DNA from: an uncultured Alphaproteobacteria bacterium
GTDB lineage: Bacteria > Pseudomonadota > Alphaproteobacteria > Rhizobiales > Xanthobacteraceae
Assembly (NCBI GenBank): GCA_963806815.1
Contig: CAWDZJ010000022.1
Span: forward strand, 190,700-254,699
Direction of reading: 5' to 3'
Length of the DNA: 64,000 nucleotides
Below, in pieces: positions 1 to 9,742 of the stretch (within the stretch, counting starts at the first letter, position 1; every line of letters begins with the position of its first letter). Position numbers and translations under genes: made by a program. A model generated the notes under the pieces. It was not told where the DNA came from and ran no database searches. It saw only the letters and a program-made list of their open reading frames with translations.

Positions 1-122
1 TCGTATATCCGGGCGCCGGCCATGGCTTTCATTGCGACGAGCGCGGCAGCTTCCATGAAGAGAGTTCAAAGCTCGCCTGGCAGCGCTCGACGGAATTCCT
101 TGCCAAGCACATGAAGAAGTAG
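1..122 (+). CDS. 3' end of a dienelactone hydrolase-family protein (partial, start outside window)
   Basis: Frame 3 reads ..VYPGAGHGFHCDERGSFHEESSKLAWQRSTEFLAKHMKK*. The YPGAGHGF...AW.R...FL tail is the usual C-terminus of dienelactone hydrolases. Confidence 0.45.
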   Translation, partial: VYPGAGHGFHCDERGSFHEESSKLAWQRSTEFLAKHMKK

Positions 123-160
123 CGGGCCGGCAGCATCAGCCGCGACCATCCAATAAAAGC

Positions 161-196
161 GGCCTCCGGAGCGATCCGGAGGCCGTTGGTGTTTTC
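161..196. terminator. Hairpin terminator between convergent genes
   Basis: Perfect 10-bp stem GGCCTCCGGA / TCCGGAGGCC with loop GCGA, followed by a T-rich tract (GTTGGTGTTTTC). It lies between the partial hydrolase gene and convergent msrA. Confidence 0.6.
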
Positions 197-214
197 AGCA
201 ATGCTTGATTGCGT

Positions 215-877
215 TCAGGACGCAGCTGCGACCCCGGTGCCGATCGCGCAACTCACGCCGGTGCCGCCGAGACCGCAATAGCCCATCGGGTTCTTCGCCA
301 GATATTGCTGGTGGTAGTCCTCGGCAAAATAGAATTCCGGTGCGTCGAGTATTTCCGTTGTGATCGCGCCATAGCCGCGCGCGGCGAGCCCCTTTTGATA
401 CATCGCCTTTGACGCTTCGGCCGCTTTGCGCTGCTCCGGCGTGAACACATAGATGCCGGAACGGTACTGCGTGCCGGCGTCATTGCCCTGGCGCATGCCC
501 TGGGTCGGGTCGTGATTTTCCCAGAATGTCTTGAGCAGCGTCTCGTAGGAAATCTTCGACGGGTCGTAGACCACCAGCACCACTTCGTTGTGGCCAGTGC
601 GGCCCGAGCAGACTTCCTGGTAGGTCGGATTGGGCGTATGGCCGGCAGCATAACCGACCGCGGTGATGTGGATGCCGTCGCCAAGCTCCCAGAACTTGCG
701 CTCCGCGCCCCAGAAGCAGCCCATGCCGAAGACGGCAAGTTCAAGGCCTTCGGGATAAGGCCCCTTGAGGGCGCGATGATTTAGGAAATGCTTTTCCGCG
801 GTCGGGATCGGCGTTTCCCGGCCGGGCAGCGCTTCGGTGGGCGTGGGAATTTCAGCGGCTTTCTTGAACAGGAACAT
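215..877 (-). CDS. msrA: Peptide-methionine (S)-S-oxide reductase
   Basis: 220-aa ORF with the MsrA active-site block GMGCFWGAE and conserved [22 protein letters not shown]. Confidence 0.95.
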   Translation of the reverse strand: MFLFKKAAEIPTPTEALPGRETPIPTAEKHFLNHRALKGPYPEGLELAVFGMGCFWGAERKFWELGDGIHITAVGYAAGHTPNPTYQEVCSGRTGHNEVVLVVYDPSKISYETLLKTFWENHDPTQGMRQGNDAGTQYRSGIYVFTPEQRKAAEASKAMYQKGLAARGYGAITTEILDAPEFYFAEDYHQQYLAKNPMGYCGLGGTGVSCAIGTGVAAAS

Positions 878-1022
878 GACAGCTTGCTCCTTCTGCTTTT
901 CGTCAGCTTTTCGGCGGTCCCGCCAGATGGCAGGAATATAAGAACAATCAATCGCTTGCGCACGGGCGACGGTCCGCGCGTGCCTTCACGAATGCGAGAC
1001 GATCGGGCCTCACCCGACCTGA

Positions 1023-1346
1023 TCAATCGCGCGCGTAGCCGATGACGGGTTTCTTCTTCCGTCCAAGCCAGGAGAAGATCAGGCCCAAAATGGCCAGGAT
1101 CAACCAGGCCGGCTGTTCGAGAAAATAGGGCTGCAGCACCGCCTGCCAAAGCCAGACGCTGACGTGGCGTTCGATCGCCGGCTGCAGCAATAGCAGCGAG
1201 TTTTGATCGATCGCCGCCCAGAGATCTCCGACCGGCGTTGCCTGGAAGGTGTGATTGGCAATCATCCGGGTGCCGTCATAGACCAGCAGAATGAAGGCGA
1301 GGGCGAGACACAGAAGCCCGAAAAATCGGAAGACAAAACGGATCAT
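1023..1346 (-). CDS. Small conserved integral membrane protein
   Basis: ORF with two or three hydrophobic helices (IRFVFRFFGLLCLALAFILLVY, AWLILAILGLIFSWL). Start placed at the internal ATG MIRF. No family recognised. Confidence 0.55.
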   Translation of the reverse strand: MIRFVFRFFGLLCLALAFILLVYDGTRMIANHTFQATPVGDLWAAIDQNSLLLLQPAIERHVSVWLWQAVLQPYFLEQPAWLILAILGLIFSWLGRKKKPVIGYARD

Positions 1347-1561
1347 GGTGGCGCCGCGCAAAAATGGTTAACTGATCGTCATGCGCAGGGATTACTCCGC
1401 CTTTGCCTTCGGTTCAATCTTGGCGCTGGAGAAAGATGGCCGTGCGGCAATCACCGGAACGGCAGACCAGCGACACCCTTGACAGCCGCTCGCTTCGATG
1501 GTCGACCCTGCGAGGTATTTGCGCCAGCGGGGATACCCAGGATACGCGTTAGGGAGTTGAA

Positions 1562-3841
1562 ATGTCCGCCAAATCGAACGACCGCGGCACGCGGCCAACC
1601 TTTACCGATCAGGAAGCGCTGCACTTTCACTCCCATGGCCGCCCCGGCAAATTGGAGGTCATGGCGACCAAGCCGATGGCGACCCAGCGCGATCTTTCGC
1701 TGGCCTATTCGCCGGGCGTCGCCGTTCCGGTGCTGGCAATCGCGGAAGATGAGACCAAGGCCTACGACTACACCACCAAGGGCAATTTCGTAGCCGTCGT
1801 CACCAATGGCACCGCCATTCTGGGGCTCGGCAATCTCGGCGCGCTGGCGGCCAAGCCTGTGATGGAGGGCAAGGCGGTTCTGTTTAAGCGCTTTGCCGAT
1901 ATCGATTCCATCGATCTTGAGGTCTCGACTGAGGATCCGGACGAATTCGTCAACTGCATCAAACTCTTGGGCAAAGGCTGGGGTGGCATCAATCTGGAAG
2001 ACATCAAGGCTCCGGAATGTTTCGTCATTGAGCAGCGCCTGCGCGAACTGCTCGACATTCCGGTCTTTCATGACGACCAGCACGGTACCGCCATCATCGC
2101 GGCGGCCGGCCTGATCAACGCTCTCGACCTGACCGGCCGTGACATCAAGCACACCAAGCTGGTGTGCAACGGCGCGGGCGCCGCCGGCATCGCCTGCCTT
2201 GAATTGCTGCGCGCGATCGGCTTTGCACCGGAAAATCTGATGCTGTGCGACACCAAGGGCGTGATTTATCAAGGCCGCACCGAGGGCATGAATCAGTGGA
2301 AGTCCGGCTTCGCGGTCAAGACCGAGGCCCGCACCTTGGCCGATGCCCTGGAAGGGGCCGACGTGTTTTTCGGACTGTCGGCCAAGGGCGCGGTCACTCA
2401 GGACATGGTCCGTTCGATGGCGGACAAGCCAATCATTTTCGCCATGGCAAATCCGGACCCGGAAATCACCGTTGAGGAAGTCGCCGCGGTTCGCGACGAC
2501 GCCATCATGGCGACCGGGCGTTCGGACTATCCCAACCAGGTCAATAACGTCCTCGGATTTCCCTACATCTTCCGCGGCGCGCTTGATGTGAGGGCAACCG
2601 CGATCAACATGGAGATGAAGATCGCGGCAGCCCACGCGCTGGCCGAGCTGGCGCGCGAGGACGTGCCGGACGAAGTCGCCGCCGCCTACGGTGCACGGCC
2701 GAAATATGGTCCCGATTACATCATCCCGGTGCCGTTCGATCCGCGCCTGATTTCGGCGGTGCCGCCGGCGATTGCCAAGGCGGCGATGGATTCCGGCGTG
2801 GCGCGGCGTCCGATTATCGATATGGACGCCTACCGGCACCAATTGCGCTCGCGGCTCGATCCGGTTGCCGGCGTGCTGCAGCGGGTGTTCGAGCGCCTGC
2901 GGCGCCATCCCCGGCGCGTCGTGTTCGCCGAAGGCGAAGAGGAACAGGTCATCCGCGCCGCGGCGAGCTTCGTTCATCAGGGTCTTGGCACCGCGCAATT
3001 GGTCGGACGCGAGGATCGTGTACGCGAAACCGCATTGGCGCTTGGTGTCGAACTTGGCGGCGGCATCGAGATCATCAATGCCGCGCTCTCCAGCCGCAAT
3101 GCCGCCTACGCGTCGTATCTTTACGAGCGCCTGCAACGCAAAGGCTTCCTTGCGCGCGACTGCCAGCGCTTGGTCAACCAGGACCGCAATCATTTTGCCG
3201 CTTGCATGATCGCGCTCGGCGATGCCGACGCCATGGTCACCGGCGTGACGCGCAATTTTTCCGTGGCGCTCGACGACGTGCTGCGCTGCATCGATCCCAA
3301 GCCCGGTCATCGGGTGATGGGTGTCTCGCTGGTTCTGGCGCGGGGCCGCACTGTCATCGTCGCCGATACGGCGGTGACCGAAATGCCGGAAGCCGACGAG
3401 ATCGCGCATATTGCAATTGAAGCGGCCGGTGTCGCCCGGCGTCTCGGCTACGAGCCGCGGCTCGCGCTTCTGGCGTTTGCGACCTTCGGGCATCCGCAGG
3501 GCGAGCGTGCCGCGCGGGTGCAGGAGGCCGTCCGCATTCTCGACGGCCGCCGCGTCGATTTCGAATATGATGGCGAGATGGCCGCCGATGTCGCGCTCAA
3601 TCCCGATCTGATGGCGGCCTATCCGTTCTGCCGTCTGACCGGTCCGGCCAATGTGCTGATCATGCCGGCGTTCCACTCCGCTTCGATCGCGACCAAGCTG
3701 TTGCAGGAGATGGGCGGCGCGACCGTGATCGGACCGATCCTGGTTGGGCTCGACCGGCCGGTGCAGATCGTTTCGCTCTCGTCCAACGATAGCCAGCTCG
3801 TCAACATGGCCGCGCTGGCCGCCTACAACGTCAACGGCTGA
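1562..3841 (+). CDS. maeB: NADP-dependent malic enzyme (malic enzyme domain fused to a phosphotransacetylase-like domain)
   Basis: 759 aa. N-terminal malic-enzyme blocks (LSLAYSPGVA, VVTNGTAILGLGNLG, FHDDQHGTAI) plus a C-terminal PTA-like domain, the typical MaeB architecture. Confidence 0.95.
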   Translation: MSAKSNDRGTRPTFTDQEALHFHSHGRPGKLEVMATKPMATQRDLSLAYSPGVAVPVLAIAEDETKAYDYTTKGNFVAVVTNGTAILGLGNLGALAAKPVMEGKAVLFKRFADIDSIDLEVSTEDPDEFVNCIKLLGKGWGGINLEDIKAPECFVIEQRLRELLDIPVFHDDQHGTAIIAAAGLINALDLTGRDIKHTKLVCNGAGAAGIACLELLRAIGFAPENLMLCDTKGVIYQGRTEGMNQWKSGFAVKTEARTLADALEGADVFFGLSAKGAVTQDMVRSMADKPIIFAMANPDPEITVEEVAAVRDDAIMATGRSDYPNQVNNVLGFPYIFRGALDVRATAINMEMKIAAAHALAELAREDVPDEVAAAYGARPKYGPDYIIPVPFDPRLISAVPPAIAKAAMDSGVARRPIIDMDAYRHQLRSRLDPVAGVLQRVFERLRRHPRRVVFAEGEEEQVIRAAASFVHQGLGTAQLVGREDRVRETALALGVELGGGIEIINAALSSRNAAYASYLYERLQRKGFLARDCQRLVNQDRNHFAACMIALGDADAMVTGVTRNFSVALDDVLRCIDPKPGHRVMGVSLVLARGRTVIVADTAVTEMPEADEIAHIAIEAAGVARRLGYEPRLALLAFATFGHPQGERAARVQEAVRILDGRRVDFEYDGEMAADVALNPDLMAAYPFCRLTGPANVLIMPAFHSASIATKLLQEMGGATVIGPILVGLDRPVQIVSLSSNDSQLVNMAALAAYNVNG

Positions 3842-3888
3842 GTTTGACGCACGGCGTTGCAATGCCGAATCTGAGGGGAGAAAACACC

Positions 3889-4782
3889 ATGCAGCCAACC
3901 CTGAGCGGCGTCATCGCCGCGGTTGCTACCGCTGTCGACGACAACGGCGAGCCCGATTGTGCGCGCGCCACCAAGCTCGCGCGGTTCCTGCTCGACAATG
4001 GCTGCGATGGCCTCAATGTGCTTGGAACGACCGGCGAGGCGACCTCATTTTCGCTGGCGCAGCGCAAGACGGTGATGACCGCCTATTGCGATGCCGGCCT
4101 GCCGCTCGATCGCATGATGGTCGGAACCGGTGCGGCCGCGGTCGCCGACGCCGTCGCGCTCACCCGGCACGCCGCCGAACTCGGATTTGCCGGCGCGCTT
4201 GTCCTGCCGCCATTCTATTACAAGGGCGTGCCCGATGATGGCCTGGTCGCCTATGTCGAGACCATTGTCGCGGCCACCAAGGATAAACCGGTCCCGATCT
4301 ACCTCTATCATTTCCCTTCGCAGTCGGGCCTGCCCTGGCACACCAAGCTGATCGGCCGGCTGCTGGATCAATTCGGCCAGCGCATCGTCGGCCTGAAGGA
4401 TTCCTCCGGCGACATGGCGTTCGCGCGCGCGGCGGCCGCCATCTCGCCCGATTTCAAGGTCTTCCCCTCGACCGAGGCGGTCCTGATCGAGGCCCGCGGC
4501 GGCGCCTTTGCCGGCTGCATATCCGCGACCGCCAATCTCAACCCCGACCTTTGTGCGCGCGCATTCCATCACGGCGACCCGGCGGCTCTCGATGCCGCCG
4601 TCAAGATCCGCTCGCTGTTCGACGGCAAGCCCCTGGTGTCCGGCGTCAAGTCGCTGCTCGCCCATATCCATGGCGATCCGGCCTGGGCCCGGGTCAAGCC
4701 GCCGCTGGCGCCGTTCTCGGCCGCTGACCGCAATACGGTGGTCGCCGGTTATGACGACGTGCGCACCCAACGGGTGGCGTAA
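3889..4782 (+). CDS. Dihydrodipicolinate synthase/N-acetylneuraminate lyase family protein
   Basis: DapA-family blocks GLNVLGTTGEATSFS and YLYHFP..SG..GLKDSSGD. Start chosen at the ATG preceded by GAGGGGAG. Substrate not assignable. Confidence 0.85.
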   Translation: MQPTLSGVIAAVATAVDDNGEPDCARATKLARFLLDNGCDGLNVLGTTGEATSFSLAQRKTVMTAYCDAGLPLDRMMVGTGAAAVADAVALTRHAAELGFAGALVLPPFYYKGVPDDGLVAYVETIVAATKDKPVPIYLYHFPSQSGLPWHTKLIGRLLDQFGQRIVGLKDSSGDMAFARAAAAISPDFKVFPSTEAVLIEARGGAFAGCISATANLNPDLCARAFHHGDPAALDAAVKIRSLFDGKPLVSGVKSLLAHIHGDPAWARVKPPLAPFSAADRNTVVAGYDDVRTQRVA

Positions 4783-4950
4783 GCCGGCATCGGGGCGCTA
4801 CAAATGTTGACGCTGCGCGGCGGTCCCACTATAAGCGGCGCCAATTCAATCGCAGCTCGGTGGCGGGTTGTCCCGCCGCCGCGGTTTTTCGTGGTGGACC
4901 GGGCGTTGAGGCCCGGTCGCGAGAGCCGACCGCAGGACGAGATTCAAGAA

Positions 4951-5217
4951 ATGCCCAATACCAAATCGGCCCAAAAGGCGACCCGCGTGATCGCGCGGCG
5001 TACTGAGGTCAACAAGGCACGGCGGACGCGCATGCGCAGTTCCGTCCGCAAGGTCGAAGAGGCCTTGGCGAGCGGAGACAAGACCCAGGCCTTGGCCGCG
5101 TTGGCGGCGGCCGAACCGGTCATTATGCGTGCCGCCCAAAAGGGCGTCATTCATAAAAACACCGCCAGCCGGAAGGTCTCGCGCCTGAACGCGCGAGCCG
5201 TCAAGCTCGGCAGCTAG
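4951..5217 (+). CDS. rpsT: 30S ribosomal protein S20
   Basis: 88 aa starting [13 protein letters not shown]..., a typical S20 N-terminus with basic composition. Start is the internal ATG of ORF 4804..5217. Confidence 0.95.
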   Translation: MPNTKSAQKATRVIARRTEVNKARRTRMRSSVRKVEEALASGDKTQALAALAAAEPVIMRAAQKGVIHKNTASRKVSRLNARAVKLGS

Positions 5218-5313
5218 AGCATTTCCAGGCGAAGTGGAAACCGGTTCGCCGTCCGGAAATGCGATAAATTGAGACGATAGAGCGCTTTCACGATTCCACG
5301 AGATCGAAAGCGC
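5214..5313. repeat. Family B intergenic repeat, copy 1 (starts at the CTAG containing the rpsT stop)
   Basis: GAGCATTTCCAGGCGAAGTGGAAACCGGTTCGCCGTCCGGAAATGCGATAAA...AGCGCTTTCA..GAAAGCGC. Near-identical to 42599..42712 over the first ~52 nt. Confidence 0.85.
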
Positions 5314-5688
5314 CCTTGAAGGGCTCTTCGATTTTGCTTCTCAGGCTTCTGACGTTTACGGCCGCTGGGTTCACCCCTGTGGCCTTTTCGTCATTGCGGT
5401 ATTGCCGGGTCGGCGCGAGCGCGTCGTAATCGGAGCCCGCGTGCCGACCGGTTCGCGACGCGGCGAACTTCCAAGGCGCATTGTTAAGATTTCTGATTTT
5501 GAAAACAAAATTGCGATGAGCCGGATTCGGCTCCGGTTTCGTCTGCAATCGGATCGATCACGCCAGGCGCGCTGGGAAACGTGAAAAAACGCAGGTTCCC
5601 GACGGATTTGCCACGAACTGCTGTTGGATGAGGCAAAAGTGTTGTAAAAGCGACACAATTGCAGGCTATTTTAGGCAGAGAACAGCAT

Positions 5689-5706
5689 ATACGTAAATTT
5701 ACGTAT
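5689..5706. repeat. Perfect 18-bp palindrome in an AT-rich islet upstream of dnaA
   Basis: ATACGTAAATTTACGTAT equals its own reverse complement. It sits in the only strongly AT-rich patch (about 5640-5740) of the rpsT-dnaA spacer. Confidence 0.9.
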
Positions 5707-6729
5707 TGTGATGATTGTTATAAAAGCAGCGCCGTTTTGTTAATTCCACCGGGGGTTACCCTGTCTTTCCGAACACAGAAAAGTCCGGTGGCAGAAGGAC
5801 TTAACGGGAAAGCGCCCCCCGGGGCTTGAATTTTTAGATATTGGGCAGAAAGCGGGCAACATTGCGGCCTGCCTCCATTTCGTTTGCTCTGGCGCCCGTC
5901 ACGGACGGCTCGCCGCCCCGATTCTGTGTCGCGTTTCAATGTAGTTAGACAGCGCCTTGTTAGATCCGGCCGGGCCCGTCCGGGCCGCGCTTGCGGCCTG
6001 TGAAAACGATCGGCCGATGAATCCCATTGCAGGCGTTCGGCCGTCTGTGTATTTTCAATCCACCCTAGGGTTTCTGGAGTAATCCAGTATTGAAACGTAC
6101 TTGAGTTCGCATGGGTTGGGGTCGGGCGATTTTTTAGCGTAATTTGCGCCCGAAATGCTTAGCGAGCTTGAGTATGAAGCTTTGGGGCAGGTGTCTAAAC
6201 TTCGCGGCGGCGGCGTAATTGTATTAGGCGGCGTGAAGTTTCTTACAGATACTAAAATCAATAAGAGTCGGCAGCCATCGTGCTTTGCGGCCACGATGGA
6301 GAGGGGGCGTATGATGACAAAACGATCGGTTCTTTTCGGCCCGCCCGGGTATTGCGTAGCGACGGGCCTTGTTTTGGCAGCGCGGACCACGCCTGCCTCC
6401 ACGCGTTTTAGCGTCAGGAATGCAAGTTCCCGTTATGGGAGCTTAGCGGACGGCGGTTCCGATCCCGGCAATCATCGTTGTCGTCCCTTCGACTGCGATG
6501 CCGCGCCCAAGGGGGTTTTGCCCCCCGCGAGCGGCTGAAGGCCATCACCTTCAAATCTTAGTTCGATGGCCGACCTGCACTGCTCGCGCGATTAGCGGGG
6601 CGGGCCGGTGGGATGCCGCACCGCCAGTACTCTTGTCAGTATCGTTGCGTCCCTTCGTGCCAAAGCCCGACAGCGTGAGCGTGCATGAACCGCGTTCGGC
6701 CGAATCCGATTTTTTTGGACGGGAAACAG

Positions 6730-8175
6730 ATGACCAACATCAACATGACGAATTTGGAACAAGACAGCTGGTCGCGTGTGCGGGGACGCCTTCGCGCAAC
6801 GGTGGGTGAGGATGTCTATTCGAGTTGGTTCGCGCGCATGGCGCTGGAAGAAATCGACCAGGATACCGTTCGGCTTTCGGTGCCGACGCGTTTTCTCAAG
6901 AGCTGGATCCAGTCCCACTATGCCGACCAGGTGCTGACCTGTTGGCAGGCTGAGCAGGACGCCATCGGCCGCATCGAATTGACTGTGCGCACGGCGGTTC
7001 GCGCAATGCCGCCCAAGGCGCAGCCGGTCCAGCCGGCCGAAGCACCGCGCGAAAACGGTGAGACCAAGTTCAACGGCTTTGAGGCGCGGATGGCCGCGAC
7101 TGCGCCGGTCGCCACTGCGCACGACGATCTTGGTGGTTCGCCGCTCGATCAGCGGCTGACCTTCGATACGTTTGTGGTCGGCCGCTCCAATGCGCTGGCG
7201 CAGGCGGCGGCCAAACAGGTCGCGACCGCTTCGCGCAACGAAACGGTGATGTTCAACCCGCTCTATATCCATGCCGGTGTCGGCCTCGGGAAGACGCATC
7301 TCCTGCAGGCGATTGCCTGGTCCGGCAATGGTGCTGGCGGGCGCCGGGTGCTTTATCTGACCGCCGAGAAATTCATGTACGGCTTCGTCGCCGCGTTGCG
7401 CGCGCAGACCGCGATCGCGTTCAAGGAAGCGCTGCGGACAATCGACGTGCTGATTATCGACGACCTGCAGTTCCTGCAGGGCAAGTCCACCCAGGCCGAG
7501 TTCTGTCACACTCTGAATGCGCTCATCGATTCCGGCCGCCAGGTGGTGATCGCCTCGGACCGTCCGCCCTCCGATCTTGAAAGTCTCGACGATCGCATGC
7601 GCTCGCGATTGGCCGGCGGCCTGGTGGTGGAAATGGCGCCGCTGACCGAGGACCTGCGGCACGAAATACTCAAGAGCCGCGTCGTCGCGGCGCGGCAGCA
7701 TCATCCGGGGTTCGACGTGCCGCCGCCGGTCCTGGTCTTCATCGCGAAGTCGGTGACCCACAACGGGCGCGACCTGGAAGGCGCGGTCAATCGCCTGCTG
7801 GCGCATAACAAGCTCACCGGCCAGCCGGTGACGATGGAAATGGCCGAGCGCGAAGTGCGCGACCTGATCCGGCCGCAGGAGCCCAGGCGGGTCAAGATCG
7901 AGGACATCCAGCGGGTGGTCGCGCGCCAGTACAATGTCAGCCGCGCTGACCTGTTATCGTCCCGTCGCACCGCCAATGTGGTCCGCCCGCGCCAGGTGGC
8001 GATGTATCTCGCCAAGACCCTCACCTTGCGGTCGCTGCCGGAAATCGGCCGGCGATTTGGCGGCCGCGACCACACGACCGTGCTGCATGCCGTGCGCAAG
8101 ATCGAAAATCTGGTAGGCAACGACAATGCCTTGGCCGAGGAAATCGAGCTCCTGAAGCGTCAGTTGCAGGACTAG
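6730..8175 (+). CDS. dnaA: Chromosomal replication initiator protein DnaA
   Basis: AAA+ Walker [14 protein letters not shown], Walker B LIIDDLQF, and the C-terminal DNA-binding block [34 protein letters not shown]. Start could be 6685 or 6730. Confidence 0.97.
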   Translation: MTNINMTNLEQDSWSRVRGRLRATVGEDVYSSWFARMALEEIDQDTVRLSVPTRFLKSWIQSHYADQVLTCWQAEQDAIGRIELTVRTAVRAMPPKAQPVQPAEAPRENGETKFNGFEARMAATAPVATAHDDLGGSPLDQRLTFDTFVVGRSNALAQAAAKQVATASRNETVMFNPLYIHAGVGLGKTHLLQAIAWSGNGAGGRRVLYLTAEKFMYGFVAALRAQTAIAFKEALRTIDVLIIDDLQFLQGKSTQAEFCHTLNALIDSGRQVVIASDRPPSDLESLDDRMRSRLAGGLVVEMAPLTEDLRHEILKSRVVAARQHHPGFDVPPPVLVFIAKSVTHNGRDLEGAVNRLLAHNKLTGQPVTMEMAEREVRDLIRPQEPRRVKIEDIQRVVARQYNVSRADLLSSRRTANVVRPRQVAMYLAKTLTLRSLPEIGRRFGGRDHTTVLHAVRKIENLVGNDNALAEEIELLKRQLQD

Positions 8176-8238
8176 CGCATGATCCCGAAAAGTTGGCAGA
8201 CTTTTCGGACAGGATCATGCGCCAGATCAAAATGTTAG
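8172..8238. repeat. Family A hairpin module (first half only), starts at the CTAG containing the dnaA stop
   Basis: CTAGCGCATGATCCCGAAAAGTTGGCAGACTTTTCGGACAGGATCATGCGCCAGATCAAAATGTTAG. An inverted repeat related to the copies at 20251, 38950, 43046, 47011 and 56195. Confidence 0.8.
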
Positions 8239-8544
8239 GGCGGCGGCGATTCAGCCGGGGCTCGTCGTGCGCGAAGGCCTGCTGACCGCCGGCCATTTGC
8301 CTGGGATCGGCGGTAGATTGGAAACGGGGACGCCAAACCGGCGATGCCGTCCCCTCCCAGGCGCCGGGTTTGCGCCGAATAACGCGACTTCGCTCCTTCT
8401 GCTCTTGCCGAATCCGGCTGGCCACGGCACTTTCATCGGCCGGCCGCTGGCTCCATCCTGGACCAAGGGCCAGCTTAACCTTGCGCCCGGCCCCGTGCTG
8501 TCTCCAGGCGCAGTCAACCCCCACCCGAGCGAGCGGGATCCGAG

Positions 8545-9663
8545 ATGAAGGTCACCGTTGAGCGTGCGCAACTCTTGAAGTCGCTGGGCCACGTGCACCG
8601 CGTCGTCGAGCGGCGCAACACCATTCCGATCCTGGCCAACGTCCTGATCCGTGCCGGCCGCAATGAACTCAGCTTCAAGGCGACCGACCTCGATCTTGAA
8701 ATCACCGAGACCATTGCCGCTGAAATCGGCAGCGAGGGGGCGACCACAGTTCCCGCGCACATGCTTTACGAGATTGTGCGCAAGCTTCCCGAAGGCGCGC
8801 AGGTGGTGCTCGAAACCTCCGGCGACCGGGCGACCTTGACGATCCGTGCCGGCCGCTCGCGCTTTACCCTGCAGACCCTGCCGGAAAGCGACTTTCCCGA
8901 TCTCGCCGCCGGCGAAATGACCCACACCTTCAAGCTCGCGGCCGCCGATCTGAAACGGCTGATCGACAAGACCCAGTTCGCGATTTCGACCGAAGAGACA
9001 CGCTACTATCTCAACGGCATTTATTTGCACGTGACCGGCGGCGGCAAGACCGCGAGCCTGCGTGCGGTCGCCACCGACGGCCATCGGCTGGCGCAGGTCG
9101 ACCTGCCGTTGCCGGCCGGTGCTGACGGCATGCCCGGCGTGATCGTGCCGCGCAAGACCGTCGGCGAGGTCCAGCGGCTGATTGAGAACGCGGACGCCGA
9201 AATCACGGTCGAACTGTCGCAGGGCAAGATCCGCTTCACCATCGGGGACGTGGTGCTGACATCGAAGCTGATCGACGGAACGTTTCCCGACTATGGCCGC
9301 GTCATTCCGGTTGGCAACGACAAGGAACTCATGGTCGACAAGGCCGAGTTCGAGGCGGCGGTGGATCGCGTCTCGACCGTGTCGAGCGAACGCGGCCGTG
9401 CGGTCAAGCTGTCGATCAAGGACGGTCGCCTGACATTGTCGGTGACGAACCCGGATTCCGGCAGTGCCACCGAGGAGATTGAGGTCGAATATGACGCTGA
9501 CCCGCTCGATATCGGCTTCAACTCGCGCTATCTGCTCGACATTGCCGCGCAACTCGATGGTGAGGTCGCGGTCCTGCGGCTCGCTGATCCTGGGTCGCCG
9601 ACCTTGATCGAGGACAAGAACGCCAAGGGCGCGCTCTATGTCCTGATGCCGATGCGGGTGTGA
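8545..9663 (+). CDS. dnaN: DNA polymerase III beta sliding clamp
   Basis: 372 aa with typical DnaN start MKVTVERAQLLKSL and end ...YVLMPMRV. Located immediately after dnaA. Confidence 0.97.
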   Translation: MKVTVERAQLLKSLGHVHRVVERRNTIPILANVLIRAGRNELSFKATDLDLEITETIAAEIGSEGATTVPAHMLYEIVRKLPEGAQVVLETSGDRATLTIRAGRSRFTLQTLPESDFPDLAAGEMTHTFKLAAADLKRLIDKTQFAISTEETRYYLNGIYLHVTGGGKTASLRAVATDGHRLAQVDLPLPAGADGMPGVIVPRKTVGEVQRLIENADAEITVELSQGKIRFTIGDVVLTSKLIDGTFPDYGRVIPVGNDKELMVDKAEFEAAVDRVSTVSSERGRAVKLSIKDGRLTLSVTNPDSGSATEEIEVEYDADPLDIGFNSRYLLDIAAQLDGEVAVLRLADPGSPTLIEDKNAKGALYVLMPMRV

Positions 9664-9742
9664 GGGCTCGCGGGCAAGCCGAGGCGACGCGTTCACTCCC
9701 GATCGGGGAGGTGGCAGCCTTGCGAGCGTGTTGCGCTGCCCG

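Noticed and set aside
1451-3898. 815-aa ORF antisense to maeB. Similar long antisense or out-of-frame ORFs occur at 6592..7806, 8251..9762, 9518..10930, 12969..14999, 14975..16369, 32402..33715, 34472..36466 and 47387..48343.
   Set aside because: These are typical high-GC shadow ORFs. They are Arg/Gly/Ala/Pro-rich low-complexity translations with no family resemblance, and each fully overlaps a gene with clear homology on the other strand or frame.
6299-6538. Small ORF MMTKRSVLFGPPGYCVATGLVLAA... with an upstream GGAG as a possible lipoprotein gene
   Set aside because: Third-position GC is clearly lower than in the neighbouring real genes. There is no proper lipobox and no family resemblance, so the evidence is insufficient.
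5218-6729. Chromosomal origin (oriC) in the long spacer upstream of dnaA
   Set aside because: Scanning both strands for TTATCCACA-like boxes gave only weak matches with 3-4 mismatches (for example CAATCCACC at about 6056) and no cluster. In many alphaproteobacteria the origin is not next to dnaA. This cannot be supported from the sequence alone.
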